A stretch of 64,000 nt of DNA, from assembly GCA_963782055.1 (NCBI GenBank), contig CAWAIF010000003.1, positions 1,696,001 to 1,760,000 on the forward strand, in the 5' to 3' direction. This DNA comes from an uncultured delta proteobacterium (GTDB taxonomy: Bacteria > Myxococcota_A > Polyangia > Polyangiales > Polyangiaceae). The notes beneath the pieces were generated by a model. The model saw nothing but the letters and a program-made list of their open reading frames with translations. It ran no database searches and was not told the DNA's origin. Made by a program: the position numbers and the translations under genes. Shown here in pieces: positions 1-9,636 of the stretch. Each line of letters opens with the position of its first letter. Within the stretch, counting starts at the first letter, position 1.

Positions 1-1
1 G

Positions 2-100
2 CTGGTCCCCGGCAGGACGACGGTCCAGGTGTACACAGCGGTGAACTCCCTCGCGCGCGTCATCTTCCCGAAGGTCGACTGCGTGCTCGCGTCGAAGTGA
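2..100 (+). CDS. 3' end of a CDS running in from the left edge (product unknown)
   Basis: Open frame LVPGRTTVQVYTAVNSLARVIFPKVDCVLASK ending in TGA at 98-100, with GC3-rich codons. Confidence 0.5.
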   Translation: MVPGRTTVQVYTAVNSLARVIFPKVDCVLASK

Positions 101-176
101 GCGCCACCTTCACAACGTGTGCAGCGGCGTGCACGCTCCGCCCTCCCTCGGGTCGTGGGCGAGGGAATTGCTGCCA

Positions 177-192
177 TGGCACGGGGGCTGCT
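177..192 (+). promoter_or_regulatory. Putative sigma54 (-24/-12) promoter
   Basis: TGGCAC-GGGGG-CTGCT with exact GG-N10-GC spacing, ~50 nt upstream of the ATG at 245. Confidence 0.6.
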
Positions 193-244
193 TGAGTAGT
201 GTTCACCCTGGACGCGAAGCCTCGCGGCGGCGCGCACCCTTCGA

Positions 245-862
245 ATGAACCGACGCCTACTCTTCGCGCTCCTCACCGCCATCGTCCTCTTGCGCGTCGC
301 TCCCGCGCGCGCGCAGGACACCACCGCGCCGCGCCCCACGCGACCATCGCCGCACACGCTCGGGCTGCTCGGCGGACTGGGGTACCTGGAGAGTCCGAGC
401 CTCGGCGGCTCGGCCTTCATGCTCGGCGTCCGCTACCGGCCGATCACCCATTTCGCGCTGAGCTTCGACGCCGGCTACGGCCTGCTGAACGGCGACGCGC
501 AGGTGCAGGACCGCTGGTGGCTGATGCCGAGCGTCGCGCTGGTCGTCCCCGTGCGGCGTCTCCAGCTCGAGCTCGGCGCGGGGCTCGGCTTCGGGGCGAC
601 CTCGGGGTACCGGTCGTGGGACGCGTACTTCGCCGGGCCCTTCGACCCGACGTGGGCGCTGCAGCTCGTCCCCACCTTCCGCGCTCACGCGATGGCGATC
701 GCCCCCGTCACGCGGACGCTCGACGTCTTCGTCCGCGCCGACACGGCCGTGCTGCTCCTCGGCGGCAACTCCATTGGATCGCGCGTCAACGATCCGGACC
801 CGCCCGCCGCCGACACCCTCTGGCTGGACCTCACCGTCGGCGTGCACTTCCGCGTGCTCTGA
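245..862 (+). CDS. Secreted outer-membrane beta-barrel protein (OmpA/OmpW-like small barrel)
   Basis: Signal peptide (ARA|QD), alternating amphipathic beta strands, aromatic-rich C-terminal strand TVGVHFRVL. Confidence 0.65.
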   Translation: MNRRLLFALLTAIVLLRVAPARAQDTTAPRPTRPSPHTLGLLGGLGYLESPSLGGSAFMLGVRYRPITHFALSFDAGYGLLNGDAQVQDRWWLMPSVALVVPVRRLQLELGAGLGFGATSGYRSWDAYFAGPFDPTWALQLVPTFRAHAMAIAPVTRTLDVFVRADTAVLLLGGNSIGSRVNDPDPPAADTLWLDLTVGVHFRVL

Positions 863-948
863 GCCGCCTCCACCGGCGCCACTGGGGTCGAACGCCGCCC
901 CGGCCGGTACGCGCCACGACGACTGATCGAGTCGGGTAGGCTGGGGCC

Positions 949-1833
949 ATGTCGCCATCCCGGAAGCGAGTCCTCGTCACCGGCGCGAGCGCCGGTATCG
1001 GCCGTCACGCGGCGCTTCGCCTCGCCGAGCGCGGGTGGGAGGTGTTCGCCGCGGCGCGCCGGACCGCCCGGCTGGAGACGCTGAAGGCGGAGGCCGGCGA
1101 GCTCCTCCACACCGTCGCGCTGGACGTGAACGACGCCGCGTCGATCGAGCGCGCCGCCGCCGAGATCCACGAGCGCACCTCCGGCTACGGCGTGGACGGT
1201 GTGGTGAACAACGCGGGCATCGCCATCGCCGGCGCGCTCGCCGAGGTCAGCGACGCCGACATGCGCGCCCAGTTCGAGACCAACGTGTTCGGGCTGCTCA
1301 GCGTGACACGCAAGTTCCTGCCGGGGATGATGGAGCGGGGGTCGGGCCGCATCGTCAACCTCTCCAGCTCCGGCGGCCTCGTCAGCCTGCCCTTCGTCGG
1401 CGTCTATCACGCGACCAAGTTCGCCGTCGAAGCGCTCTCCGACGCCCTGCGCTGGGAGCTCGCGCCCTTCGGCGTCCGCGTCTCGCTCATCGAGCCGGGG
1501 CCCATCCGGACCGAGTTCGGCGACAAGCTCGTCGCCACGGCCGACCGGCTCGGCCCCGGCTCGACGTACGCGCCGCTCTTCCGGGACGTCGACCGGCTCA
1601 AGGAGCTCGCAGAGCGCGGCATGAGCGACCCGCGGATCGTCACGCGCGACATCGTGCACGCCCTGACGGCCCGGCGCCCGCGCGCGCGCTACCTGGAGCC
1701 GCGCTATCTCTGGCTCGCCATCAAGCTCTACCAGCTCACGCCCACGTGGCTGAGCGACTGGGTGATCACGCGCGCGACGGGCCTCACGTCGAAGCGCCTG
1801 CGTCCGCCGGCAGATGCACGCGAGGCTCGCTGA
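949..1833 (+). CDS. Short-chain dehydrogenase/reductase (SDR)
   Basis: TGASAGIG Rossmann motif, NNAG, catalytic YHATK. Confidence 0.92.
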   Translation: MSPSRKRVLVTGASAGIGRHAALRLAERGWEVFAAARRTARLETLKAEAGELLHTVALDVNDAASIERAAAEIHERTSGYGVDGVVNNAGIAIAGALAEVSDADMRAQFETNVFGLLSVTRKFLPGMMERGSGRIVNLSSSGGLVSLPFVGVYHATKFAVEALSDALRWELAPFGVRVSLIEPGPIRTEFGDKLVATADRLGPGSTYAPLFRDVDRLKELAERGMSDPRIVTRDIVHALTARRPRARYLEPRYLWLAIKLYQLTPTWLSDWVITRATGLTSKRLRPPADAREAR

Positions 1834-1861
1834 CGCGCGCGCGGCGGAGTAGCATGACCGG

Positions 1862-2104
1862 ATGACGGAGACGGCGAAGGGCGTGGTGGTCGGGTTCCAG
1901 AAGGAGCAGGGCTTCGGTCGCGTGACGGTGGAAGGGCAGGGGGAGATGTCCTTCGACGCCGTCGTCACCCTCGCCAAACCGGAGGACCTCGTCGCCGGCG
2001 CCAAGGTGAACGTCGAGCTGGCACCCTCACGCATCCCGGGCAGGATGAAGGTGGCGAAGCTCTGGCTGGAGGGAGCCTCCGGCGAGCCGCTGAAGCAGAG
2101 CTGA
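1862..2104 (+). CDS. Cold-shock-domain-like (OB-fold) small protein
   Basis: KGVVVGFQKEQGFGRV resembles the CSD N-terminus/RNP1; size 80 aa. Confidence 0.55.
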   Translation: MTETAKGVVVGFQKEQGFGRVTVEGQGEMSFDAVVTLAKPEDLVAGAKVNVELAPSRIPGRMKVAKLWLEGASGEPLKQS

Positions 2105-2127
2105 CGTTTGCGGCGGGCGCCGCGGGA

Positions 2128-2568
2128 TCACTGCACGACGAGCATCGTCACCGGTACCGCTCGCCCCTCGCGCCGGATGGCCTGCGTGAAGTCCACGGTC
2201 ACCTGCGGGACTGTGTCCCAGTCGAACCCTTGCTCCGCGAACTCCACATACACCGCGTGCGATCCGTTCGGCGGGATGACGTAGTTGTTGTGCTGCGTCA
2301 TCGCGCCGCTGGCGCGGCCCACCGTCTGCCCACCCGGCAGCCGCGCGGTGACGAGGTCGCGCGTCACCACGATGGGCTCGGCGCCGTCGTTGATGACGGT
2401 GACGCGCACCCAGAGCTTGTGGCCGCCGACCCAGACCTGCATCGGCTGCACGGTGATGCCCCCCGCGTGGGCCGAGCGGGCCTGGAGGTAGTGCTTGCTG
2501 CACGCGAGGAGCGCGAGCATCGCAACCAGAAGGAGCATGCCGAACAGGAAGTGGTGTCGCCGGGTCAT
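2128..2568 (-). CDS. Hypothetical lipoprotein
   Basis: MTRRHHFLFGMLLLVAMLALLAC lipobox; beta-rich mature domain. Confidence 0.7.
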   Translation of the reverse strand: MTRRHHFLFGMLLLVAMLALLACSKHYLQARSAHAGGITVQPMQVWVGGHKLWVRVTVINDGAEPIVVTRDLVTARLPGGQTVGRASGAMTQHNNYVIPPNGSHAVYVEFAEQGFDWDTVPQVTVDFTQAIRREGRAVPVTMLVVQ

Positions 2569-2756
2569 GGGGGGCCTCCGCGCCGGAGACACTAGCAACG
2601 AACACGCCACTGCTTGGATGCGATTTACACGTGCCGCGCGGCCTCGTCCAACCGCGCAAAGTCGGCAAGCATGCAGCCGGTGCCCCCGGACGGCACGCCT
2701 TGCGTGGTCCCGAGCGTGCGCGCGCCTCCGGTCCGTGCGACGCTGCGGCGGGCGCG

Positions 2757-3221
2757 ATGCCACTCTCGACCGACGCGATCCATGCCTTCATGCGCGAGGC
2801 CCTCGGCGAGGGCCGCAAGGCGCTGCCGCTCTGCCTGCCCAACCCGCCCGTCGGGTGCGTGCTCGTGCGCGGGGACGTGGTCGTCGCGCGTGGCTTCACG
2901 CAGCCGCCGTATCAGCCGCACGCGGAGCCGATGGCCCTGGGGCAGCTCCAGGGAGATCTCGGCGACGTGACGGCCTTCGTGACGCTGGAGCCGTGCGCGT
3001 TCCACCAGCGCACGCCGTCGTGCGCGAAGGAGCTCGTCGCGCGGAAGGTGGGCGCGGTGTACGTCGCGATGATCGACCCGCACCCACGAAACCGCGGCGC
3101 GGGCATCGAGATGCTGCGAGCGGCGGGGATCCCAGTCGTCGTCGGCATCCTGGAAGCGGAGGCGCAGGCGGAGATGGGCCCGTACCTGCACGACGCGGCG
3201 AAGCCTCCGGTGGGCTGGTAG
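2757..3221 (+). CDS. Stand-alone RibD-type (cytidine-deaminase fold) deaminase domain
   Basis: PNPPVGCVLV, HAE, TLEPC..TPSC zinc motifs, DPHP..G.G; no reductase domain. Confidence 0.85.
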   Translation: MPLSTDAIHAFMREALGEGRKALPLCLPNPPVGCVLVRGDVVVARGFTQPPYQPHAEPMALGQLQGDLGDVTAFVTLEPCAFHQRTPSCAKELVARKVGAVYVAMIDPHPRNRGAGIEMLRAAGIPVVVGILEAEAQAEMGPYLHDAAKPPVGW

Positions 3222-3399
3222 AGCAGCGCGACGCGCCTTCTCTTACGGCAGTACGACACAATTACGATCGCCGCGGACGGTCGGGGCTCCGCGCCTCGAT
3301 ATTCGTGTCGGAATTTGCAATCTGGGCACTCCCACTTCGTGCGCGATGGACGTAGGGTCCGCGCCTGCCAGATGCCTGCCAGATGGATGAGGTGATGCC

Positions 3400-4605
3400 A
3401 TGCGATGGATGATGTTGACCGCGATCGCGCTCACGGCGGCGTGCAGCTCCAATCAGGGTAGCGGGTTCGGCCCCGGCAGCGACGGCGGCGCGGACGGCGC
3501 GAACACCTTCCCCTCCGACGACGGAGGGTGCGCGCTCTGCAACGGCGACGCTGCGCTCAACCCCGGCGACGGCGCCGCGCCGTGCGTGCCCGACCCCAAC
3601 AACTACGACATCCCGGGCAACAACTGCGACGACGACGGCGACGGCACCGTCGACAACGCGCCGGCCTGCGACGGCAACCTGCCCGCCAGCGGCACCGCGG
3701 CGCAGCTCGCGCAGGCGATGGGCCTCTGCAAGACCTCCACGAACGGGAGCTGGGGCGTCGTCTCGGCGAAGCTGACGCAGGGCTACGGCAACAACTCCGC
3801 GCCGGACGCCCACCAGACGAGCATCCTCAAGACCTTCGGGAACAAGCTCACCCCGCGCGAGGGCAAGGCCTTCTCGGTCCTCAGCTCCGGCTACGCGCAG
3901 GCGATGGACTCGTGCCCCACCAGCAAGCGCTTCTCCAGCCTGGCGGGCACGTCCTTCAAGTTCGGCTGCGCGATGACGGGGCAGGGCGCGGCACCCGCGG
4001 GGTTCCCGAAGAGCGCGAACGGCTGCCCCTCGCAGCAGGGCTCCGCGGTCAACGACGTGGTCGACCTGCAGCTCGTCATCAAGGTCCCCAACAACGCCAA
4101 CGGCTTCTCCTTCGACTTCGACTTCGGGTCGGGCGAGTGGCCGGAGTACGTGTGCAGCCCCTTCAACGACTCCTTCATCGCGTACCTGAAGTCGGCCGCC
4201 TTCAACGGCGGCGCGCCGGACAACATCTCCTTCGACTCCAAGAACAACCCGGTCAGCGTGAACAACGCCTTCTTCAGCGAGTGCTCACCGACGGGCGCCA
4301 AGACCGGCTGCGCGCCGCAGGGCACCGCCGGCACCGCGCAGTGCTCCAACGGTACCGCCGACCTGATGGGCACGGGCTTCTACGACCTCAACGACTCCAA
4401 CAACCCCTACGCCTGCAACAACAGCGAGACGGGTGGAGGCATGACGGGCTGGCTCACCACGCAGGCGCCCGCCCAGCCGGGGGAGACGCTGACCATCGAC
4501 TTCCTCATCTGGGACACCGGCGATCAGTACTACGACTCGTCGGTCGTCATGGACAACTGGACCTGGAAGCCGGATCCCGTCACAGTCAGCACCGTGCCGA
4601 AGTGA
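3400..4605 (+). CDS. Cys-rich lipoprotein with choice-of-anchor-L-like domain
   Basis: Lipobox TAAC, NCDDDGDG Ca-binding-type motif, EWPEYVCSPFNDSF and IWDTGDQYYDSSV motifs. Confidence 0.7.
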   Translation: MRWMMLTAIALTAACSSNQGSGFGPGSDGGADGANTFPSDDGGCALCNGDAALNPGDGAAPCVPDPNNYDIPGNNCDDDGDGTVDNAPACDGNLPASGTAAQLAQAMGLCKTSTNGSWGVVSAKLTQGYGNNSAPDAHQTSILKTFGNKLTPREGKAFSVLSSGYAQAMDSCPTSKRFSSLAGTSFKFGCAMTGQGAAPAGFPKSANGCPSQQGSAVNDVVDLQLVIKVPNNANGFSFDFDFGSGEWPEYVCSPFNDSFIAYLKSAAFNGGAPDNISFDSKNNPVSVNNAFFSECSPTGAKTGCAPQGTAGTAQCSNGTADLMGTGFYDLNDSNNPYACNNSETGGGMTGWLTTQAPAQPGETLTIDFLIWDTGDQYYDSSVVMDNWTWKPDPVTVSTVPK

Positions 4606-4651
4606 GCGCGGTCCCCCGGACCGTGCGCGCCCTCGGGCCGGGTGATCCACC

Positions 4652-5050
4652 ATGGCGTATGTGCTCAGCGTCGTCCTCGCGACGGCTGTCGGGGTCCTGC
4701 CGGGCCTCTACCTCGGCGGCGCGCTCGGGTGGCTCGCGTCGATGGTGCGCCGCAAGCGTGCCGGAGTCGAGAGCGCGGACGCGGACCACCTCACCTTCAC
4801 GGAGGCCATGCTCTGGGGTTGCGGGATGGCGCTGGGCGTCGGGGCCACCGTCGCCTCCCTCTTCTGGATGGTGGACGTCTCCTGGCGGGCGCTCGCCTGG
4901 CCGGTGACCGCCGGAGCGCTCGTCGCGGGCGCGTCGTGGGCGCGCGTGGCGCGGATCGGCATGCCGGGGATGCGCGGGGGGTCTCTCCTCCTCGCGTGCG
5001 CCGGGCTGAGCGCGCTGGTGGCCGGGCTCGCGGCGGCGGCGACTCGCTAG
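4652..5050 (+). CDS. Hypothetical integral membrane protein
   Basis: 4-5 hydrophobic segments. Confidence 0.55.
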   Translation: MAYVLSVVLATAVGVLPGLYLGGALGWLASMVRRKRAGVESADADHLTFTEAMLWGCGMALGVGATVASLFWMVDVSWRALAWPVTAGALVAGASWARVARIGMPGMRGGSLLLACAGLSALVAGLAAAATR

Positions 5051-5848
5051 TTGCGCCCGCACGCGTGCACGGTCTTCCCTGTCGGCACGCCGAGCGAATC
5101 GTCCAGCTCGATCGCGATGCACTTCGCGCCGCCGGTGCAATCGGTGTCGACGCGGCACCGGCGTGTGCACCACTTCTTGCTGAAGCCGCCCTTGCCGAGG
5201 ATGAACCCGGTCGACTCGGCGCAGAGCCCCGAGCGGCAGTCGTGCCCCTTCTTGCACGACTCGCCGTACGCGCTCCTGCGGAAGTAGCCGACGAAGGTCA
5301 GCCCGCCCATGCCGAGGATCATGACCGCGAACATGATCAGCACGCGTCGTCGTACCCGGCGCCTGCGGACACGCGCCGCCGCCCGCAGGTCGAGGTACAG
5401 GCGCTGCCGCCTTCGCCGCCGGCGGTTGGCGTTCTCGATGGCGTGGACGACCTTCTTCTTGGTCCCGACGCGCACCAGAAGGTTCCCGCGGCCTGCGGGC
5501 ACCGCCCGCCGCACGACGTCGCGACGGAGCCCGGGCGCGTCGCCGAGCCCCTCGAGCGACACCGCGTCGCCGTCCTTCATCCCCGCGTCCCAGCGGGCCA
5601 CCACCTTGCTCTTCTGGAGGCCGGCGCCGCACTCCCCGCACACCGAGCAGCCCACGCCCTCGCAGACCTCGCACCGGACGAGCGCCTGGTGCTCGAGCGT
5701 CCGCTCCCCTCCGCTCGCGAGAATCCTCCGCGTCGACGAGGATCGCCCGCACCCTGTGCCCGTCCGGCGTGGTGATCTCTGGATCGAGGTCCGGCGCTCG
5801 CCCGGGCGGCGCCTCCGGGACCTGCGGCTCGCGGTAGGGATCGGCCAC
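5047..5848 (-). pseudogene. DnaJ central/C-terminal-like membrane protein with extracellular Cys-rich domain; +1 frameshift near 5722
   Basis: GTG start at 5848 gives MADPYREP..VDAED. The other frame continues LASGGERTLEH..CEVCEGVG..GMKDGDAVSLEGLGD..GNLLVRV, then a TM helix and a Cys-rich tail. One extra base (GAG GAT t CTC GCG) joins the frames. Confidence 0.65.
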
Positions 5849-5851
5849 GAC

Positions 5852-6760
5852 TCAGTCCAAGAACTCGGCGATGATGCGCTTGAGCACCTCATCGTCGGCG
5901 AACACCTCGGCGATGCCGGCGTCCTCCTCGAGCAGGGCGATGACGCTCGCGATGGCGCGCTTCTCCGGCTTGAGGGCAAGGAGCGGCGTCACGCGCACGG
6001 CGACCTCCGGGATGGAGCTGCCCTCCTCGATCTCCACCAGCTCGCGGTCGGCGAGGAAGTGAAGGAGAAGCTCCGCCGGCGGCCGCGTCTTCGCCTGGGT
6101 CGCGGGCGCACGCTTCGCCGCCTCCGCCCCGACGACAATCTCGCCCTTCTCCAGCTTCCGCACCCGCGGCGCGAGCCACGCCGCGAAGCTCATCGCCTCC
6201 TCCATGACGCCCTCCAGCCCCTCGTCGGCGATCTCGAAGAGGAAGACCCCCCCGTGGAGCGTGTCGATGGCGAACAGCCAGTCGTCGTCGACGGGTGCGC
6301 GGACGCCGTCGTCCTCGTCGTCGCGCGGGGCGTCCTTGCCGCGCATCCAGAGCAAGGGGACCAGCGTCGTGCGCGCGACGCCCTCCTCCGCGTCCGCCTC
6401 GCCGCGCATGCACGCGCCGGTGTCGTCGTCGAACCAGGCCTCGAACGGGCCCGCGGCGACCACCTCGGCGAGAGACATCCACCGCAGCTCCGGCTCGGAG
6501 GTGTTGTACGTCTCCCACGCCTCGGTGTGCTCGTCGGCGCGCAGGGCGTCGAGGAGTCCCGCGCCCTCCGTCTCGCCGTCGTGCCACTCGTACAGTGCAC
6601 GTAACGTGGCGGGGAGCTTGGTCCCGAGGGACTTCTCCGCCTTCGCGATGGCGGCGTCCGTGGCCGGTGGGGCGAGCAGACGGGCGCGGGCGGGGGAGGC
6701 TGCGATCCAGGCGTCGAGCCGGGAGAGGACGTCCTTGAGCGAGGGTTGCTTGACGGGCAC
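5852..6760 (-). CDS. SMI1/KNR4 family protein
   Basis: LAPPATDAAIAKAEKSLGTKLPATLRALYEWHDG signature. Confidence 0.85.
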   Translation of the reverse strand: MPVKQPSLKDVLSRLDAWIAASPARARLLAPPATDAAIAKAEKSLGTKLPATLRALYEWHDGETEGAGLLDALRADEHTEAWETYNTSEPELRWMSLAEVVAAGPFEAWFDDDTGACMRGEADAEEGVARTTLVPLLWMRGKDAPRDDEDDGVRAPVDDDWLFAIDTLHGGVFLFEIADEGLEGVMEEAMSFAAWLAPRVRKLEKGEIVVGAEAAKRAPATQAKTRPPAELLLHFLADRELVEIEEGSSIPEVAVRVTPLLALKPEKRAIASVIALLEEDAGIAEVFADDEVLKRIIAEFLD

Positions 6761-6840
6761 GCCGGCAGACTACGTCATCTCGGGGTCCGGCCCCAGTCCG
6801 CTGCAAACCCCCCCCGCGAGCGCCTGAGCCGGCGCGTGTC

Positions 6841-7218
6841 TTACACCAGGACGAGGCGCACCCTCGGGTCCAGGCGGCGCAGGTCGTCCGGATCCGAGGT
6901 GGCCACAGCCAGCTCGTGCTCGCGCGCCGACAGCACCACAGAGGCATCGACCACATCGCGCGTGCCCGCGAGGCCGCACAGCTGTCCGGCGGCCCGGGCG
7001 CGATGATCGTCGAGCGGTTCGACGACGACGACGGGCGACCCCAGCAGCCGGGCCAGCCGCGCCTGGCGGGCGCCGTCGCGCCACACCCGCCCCACCACGC
7101 CGGCGGGCACGACGAGCTTCCCGCGGAGCATGACGAGCCTCTTGACGAGCATGACCACCTCGCGATCGCTACGCTCGAACGCGATGAGCGCGCCGGCGTC
7201 GAAGACCAGGCCGCTCAC
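6841..7218 (-). CDS. vapC: PIN-domain (VapC-like) toxin
   Basis: VFDAGALIA, DVVDASVV, TSDPDDL acidic PIN motifs; overlaps the antitoxin stop. Confidence 0.85.
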   Translation of the reverse strand: MSGLVFDAGALIAFERSDREVVMLVKRLVMLRGKLVVPAGVVGRVWRDGARQARLARLLGSPVVVVEPLDDHRARAAGQLCGLAGTRDVVDASVVLSAREHELAVATSDPDDLRRLDPRVRLVLV

Positions 7219-7499
7219 GCCTTCTTCTTCGTGCGGCCCGACGCGAGGCGCGTGGTACGCCGGCGCCCCGGGCCGAGGACGAGGCGGTCGACGCGCGTCT
7301 GCTCCGCCCGGGTCATCGGTCCGCCAATCTCCTCGAGCATCTGGTTCAGGAGATCGTCCAGCTCGTCGAGCGTCGCCTTCTGCTCGAGCGCGGCCGCCAC
7401 GTAGGCGCTGAGGGACGCGGCGCGCCCGCGCCGGACGGCGCGCTTCGCCCGCCGGAAGGTCTCCTCGGGAAGACTGACGGCGAGCTTCACGGTGGTCAT
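7215..7499 (-). CDS. vapB: Ribbon-helix-helix antitoxin (VapB-like)
   Basis: KLAVSLPEE..SLSAYVAAAL RHH pattern, directly upstream of the PIN toxin with a 4-nt overlap. Confidence 0.8.
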   Translation of the reverse strand: MTTVKLAVSLPEETFRRAKRAVRRGRAASLSAYVAAALEQKATLDELDDLLNQMLEEIGGPMTRAEQTRVDRLVLGPGRRRTTRLASGRTKKKA

Positions 7500-7501
7500 A
7501 C

Positions 7502-7518
7502 CCGTGATACTACCACGG
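7502..7518 (-). promoter_or_regulatory. Palindromic operator/-10 region of the TA operon
   Basis: CCGTG-ATACTAC-CACGG inverted repeat containing TAGTAT on the minus strand, immediately before the ATG at 7499. Confidence 0.5.
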
Positions 7519-7616
7519 CAAGCTCGAGCGGGTGGCTCGCCGGGTGGGCGCGCGCGAACACGCGCTTGACGCGCCGCCGGGGGCGCGGGATATCCTGCCG
7601 CCCGCGAGGTTCACCC

Positions 7617-8240
7617 ATGGCGATCGTGCTCTACCACCACCCCTTCTCCCGCGCTGCCGGCGTCCTCTGGATGCTCGAGGAGGTGGGCGTCCCCTACGAA
7701 CTGCGCTTCGTCGACCTCATGAAGGGCGAGCAGAAGAGCCCGGCGATCGTCGCGCTCAACCGGATGGGCAAGCTGCCCATCCTCACCGACGGCGACGCGG
7801 TGGTCACGGAGGGCGCGGCGATCGGCCTCTACCTCGCCGACCGCTACGCGCCCGGGCGCCTCGCGCCGGCGGTCGACGACCCCGCGCGCGCGACGTATCT
7901 CCGCTGGTCGCTCTTCGCGCCCTCGGTCGTCGAGCCGGGCGCGATGGCGAAGGCCGGAGGGTGGACCTTCAAGGCGAGCCAGGCCGGGTGGGGCGACTAC
8001 GACGCCATGCTCGGGGCCATGGAGGGTGCGCTCGCGGATGGCGAGTACCTGCTCGGCGAGCGCTTCTCGATGGCGGACGTCATCTTCGGCGGCACGGTGC
8101 GCTACATGCTCCGCTTCAAGATGATCGAGGCGAGGCCGGTGTTCACCGCGTACGCCGAGCGCCTCGACGCGCGCCCGGCGCTCCAGCGCGCCGACGCGAA
8201 GAACGCCGAGGTGATCGCGGCGCACGGCTTGAATCACTGA
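7617..8240 (+). CDS. Glutathione S-transferase family protein
   Basis: LYHHPFSRA, LNRMGKLPIL..TEGAAI, YLLGERFSMADV. Confidence 0.92.
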   Translation: MAIVLYHHPFSRAAGVLWMLEEVGVPYELRFVDLMKGEQKSPAIVALNRMGKLPILTDGDAVVTEGAAIGLYLADRYAPGRLAPAVDDPARATYLRWSLFAPSVVEPGAMAKAGGWTFKASQAGWGDYDAMLGAMEGALADGEYLLGERFSMADVIFGGTVRYMLRFKMIEARPVFTAYAERLDARPALQRADAKNAEVIAAHGLNH

Positions 8241-8344
8241 GCAGCAGTGCAGTCTCTCGACAGGTGGCATACGCACTGTCGCCCGTAGTGCGGATAGTCG
8301 TCGCCAGTCGTGTAGGCGGCTAGTCGGCGCAACGGCCTTGTGCG

Positions 8345-9007
8345 ATGATGGCCGGCGTGACGATTGCCTCCCCGGCCGCGATTCCCCCGCTCGGTCTTCT
8401 GCTCGCGTCCGCCGCGCTCACCGTCTCACTCGCGCGCTCCGCCCTCGCCTCGCCGGACGTCCGCCCTCGGTACGCCGGCGCCACGTTCGCCGCCCAGGCC
8501 GGCGCCGGGCTGGGTGGCTACGAGCTCATCACCGTCGGCGGGGACGTCTTCACCGGCTACCGCCTCTCCCGGTGGGTCTCGCTCGAGGGCTTCTTCGGCT
8601 ACCGCTTCGCGACGGCCCCGTCTGCCTCGCAAGAAGCTGTTGGCGCGGCGTGCGCCGGGGCGACGGACCACTGGCGGACCGAGGTCCTCGGCGCGCGCCT
8701 CTGGATCCACCTGCTTCACCGGCGGACCGTGGACGTCTCGATCGCGCCCTCCGTTGCCGCTGGCGTCTCCTTCAACCGCGGCGAGTTCGAGGCCTTCCGT
8801 CCCGGCGTCGGGTGCGGCCAGGTGCTCCTCACCAAGGCGGGCTGGGCCTTCGACGGCGGGCTGGACTTCGGTGTGGAGGTCCGCCCAGCGCGCTGGCTCG
8901 GGCTGCGTGCGATGATGGAGACGTCGATCGACCTTGGGCACGCCGGCGGTGAGGCCTACGACGTGCTCTCGGTGAGCGGCTGGGTCGGCCCCGTCCTTCG
9001 GTTCTGA
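8345..9007 (+). CDS. Hypothetical outer-membrane beta-barrel protein
   Basis: Signal peptide, amphipathic strands, C-terminal Phe (GPVLRF). Confidence 0.6.
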   Translation: MMAGVTIASPAAIPPLGLLLASAALTVSLARSALASPDVRPRYAGATFAAQAGAGLGGYELITVGGDVFTGYRLSRWVSLEGFFGYRFATAPSASQEAVGAACAGATDHWRTEVLGARLWIHLLHRRTVDVSIAPSVAAGVSFNRGEFEAFRPGVGCGQVLLTKAGWAFDGGLDFGVEVRPARWLGLRAMMETSIDLGHAGGEAYDVLSVSGWVGPVLRF

Positions 9008-9054
9008 GCATGCTCGTCCATCCGCGCCCGCAGCGGCGCGTCCGGCCCGCACGC

Positions 9055-9605
9055 TCACGGCTTCTGCGCGGCCGGGTCCAGCACGCGACCGGCGAACAGC
9101 ACCTGTCCCGTCTTCCGGCTGCGCACGAAGAACAGGAACGGACGGTCCACCCCCGTCGCCGCGGCCGCGGTCGTGCCGGTCTCGTCCACCTGGATGAACG
9201 CGCGGTGAAAGACGTCGCTCACCGACAGCCGGTCCTGCGGGCGGGAGGGCTTCGTGATGCCGGAGAAGTCCGCCGCGACGCGGAAGGCGGTCCGCACGCC
9301 ATCGCCTCGAGCTCCGGCTTGATCGACCGACCCCACGCGCCACTCGAAGCGCGGAAGCGACGGCACCACCTTCGTCTTCGCGAGGCCCTTGCTCCACGCG
9401 TCGATCACCCCGCCGCTCAGCCCGGCGAGCACGCCGTCGATCGGGGTGGTGCTCGGCGGCAGCGCCACGAGCAGCGCCCGGTCGCTCTTGTCGTAGGGTA
9501 GCTCGACGATCTGCACGCCCCCCGCTCTCCGCGTGGAGCATGTCTGCCGACCACCGTGAGAAGAGCGAGAGCGATCGATGCGCGCGCGAGCTTCATGCGC
9601 GCCAT
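9055..9605 (-). pseudogene. Serpin remnant (signal peptide plus C-terminal third only, reactive-centre loop deleted)
   Basis: QIVELPY, VSDVFHRAFIQVDETGTTAAAATG directly fused to DRPFLFFVR..LFAGRVLDP; the signal-peptide ORF at 9605 is in another frame. Confidence 0.8.
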
Positions 9606-9636
9606 GGTAGACGAAGCCGATGCGCCACGCGTGGCC

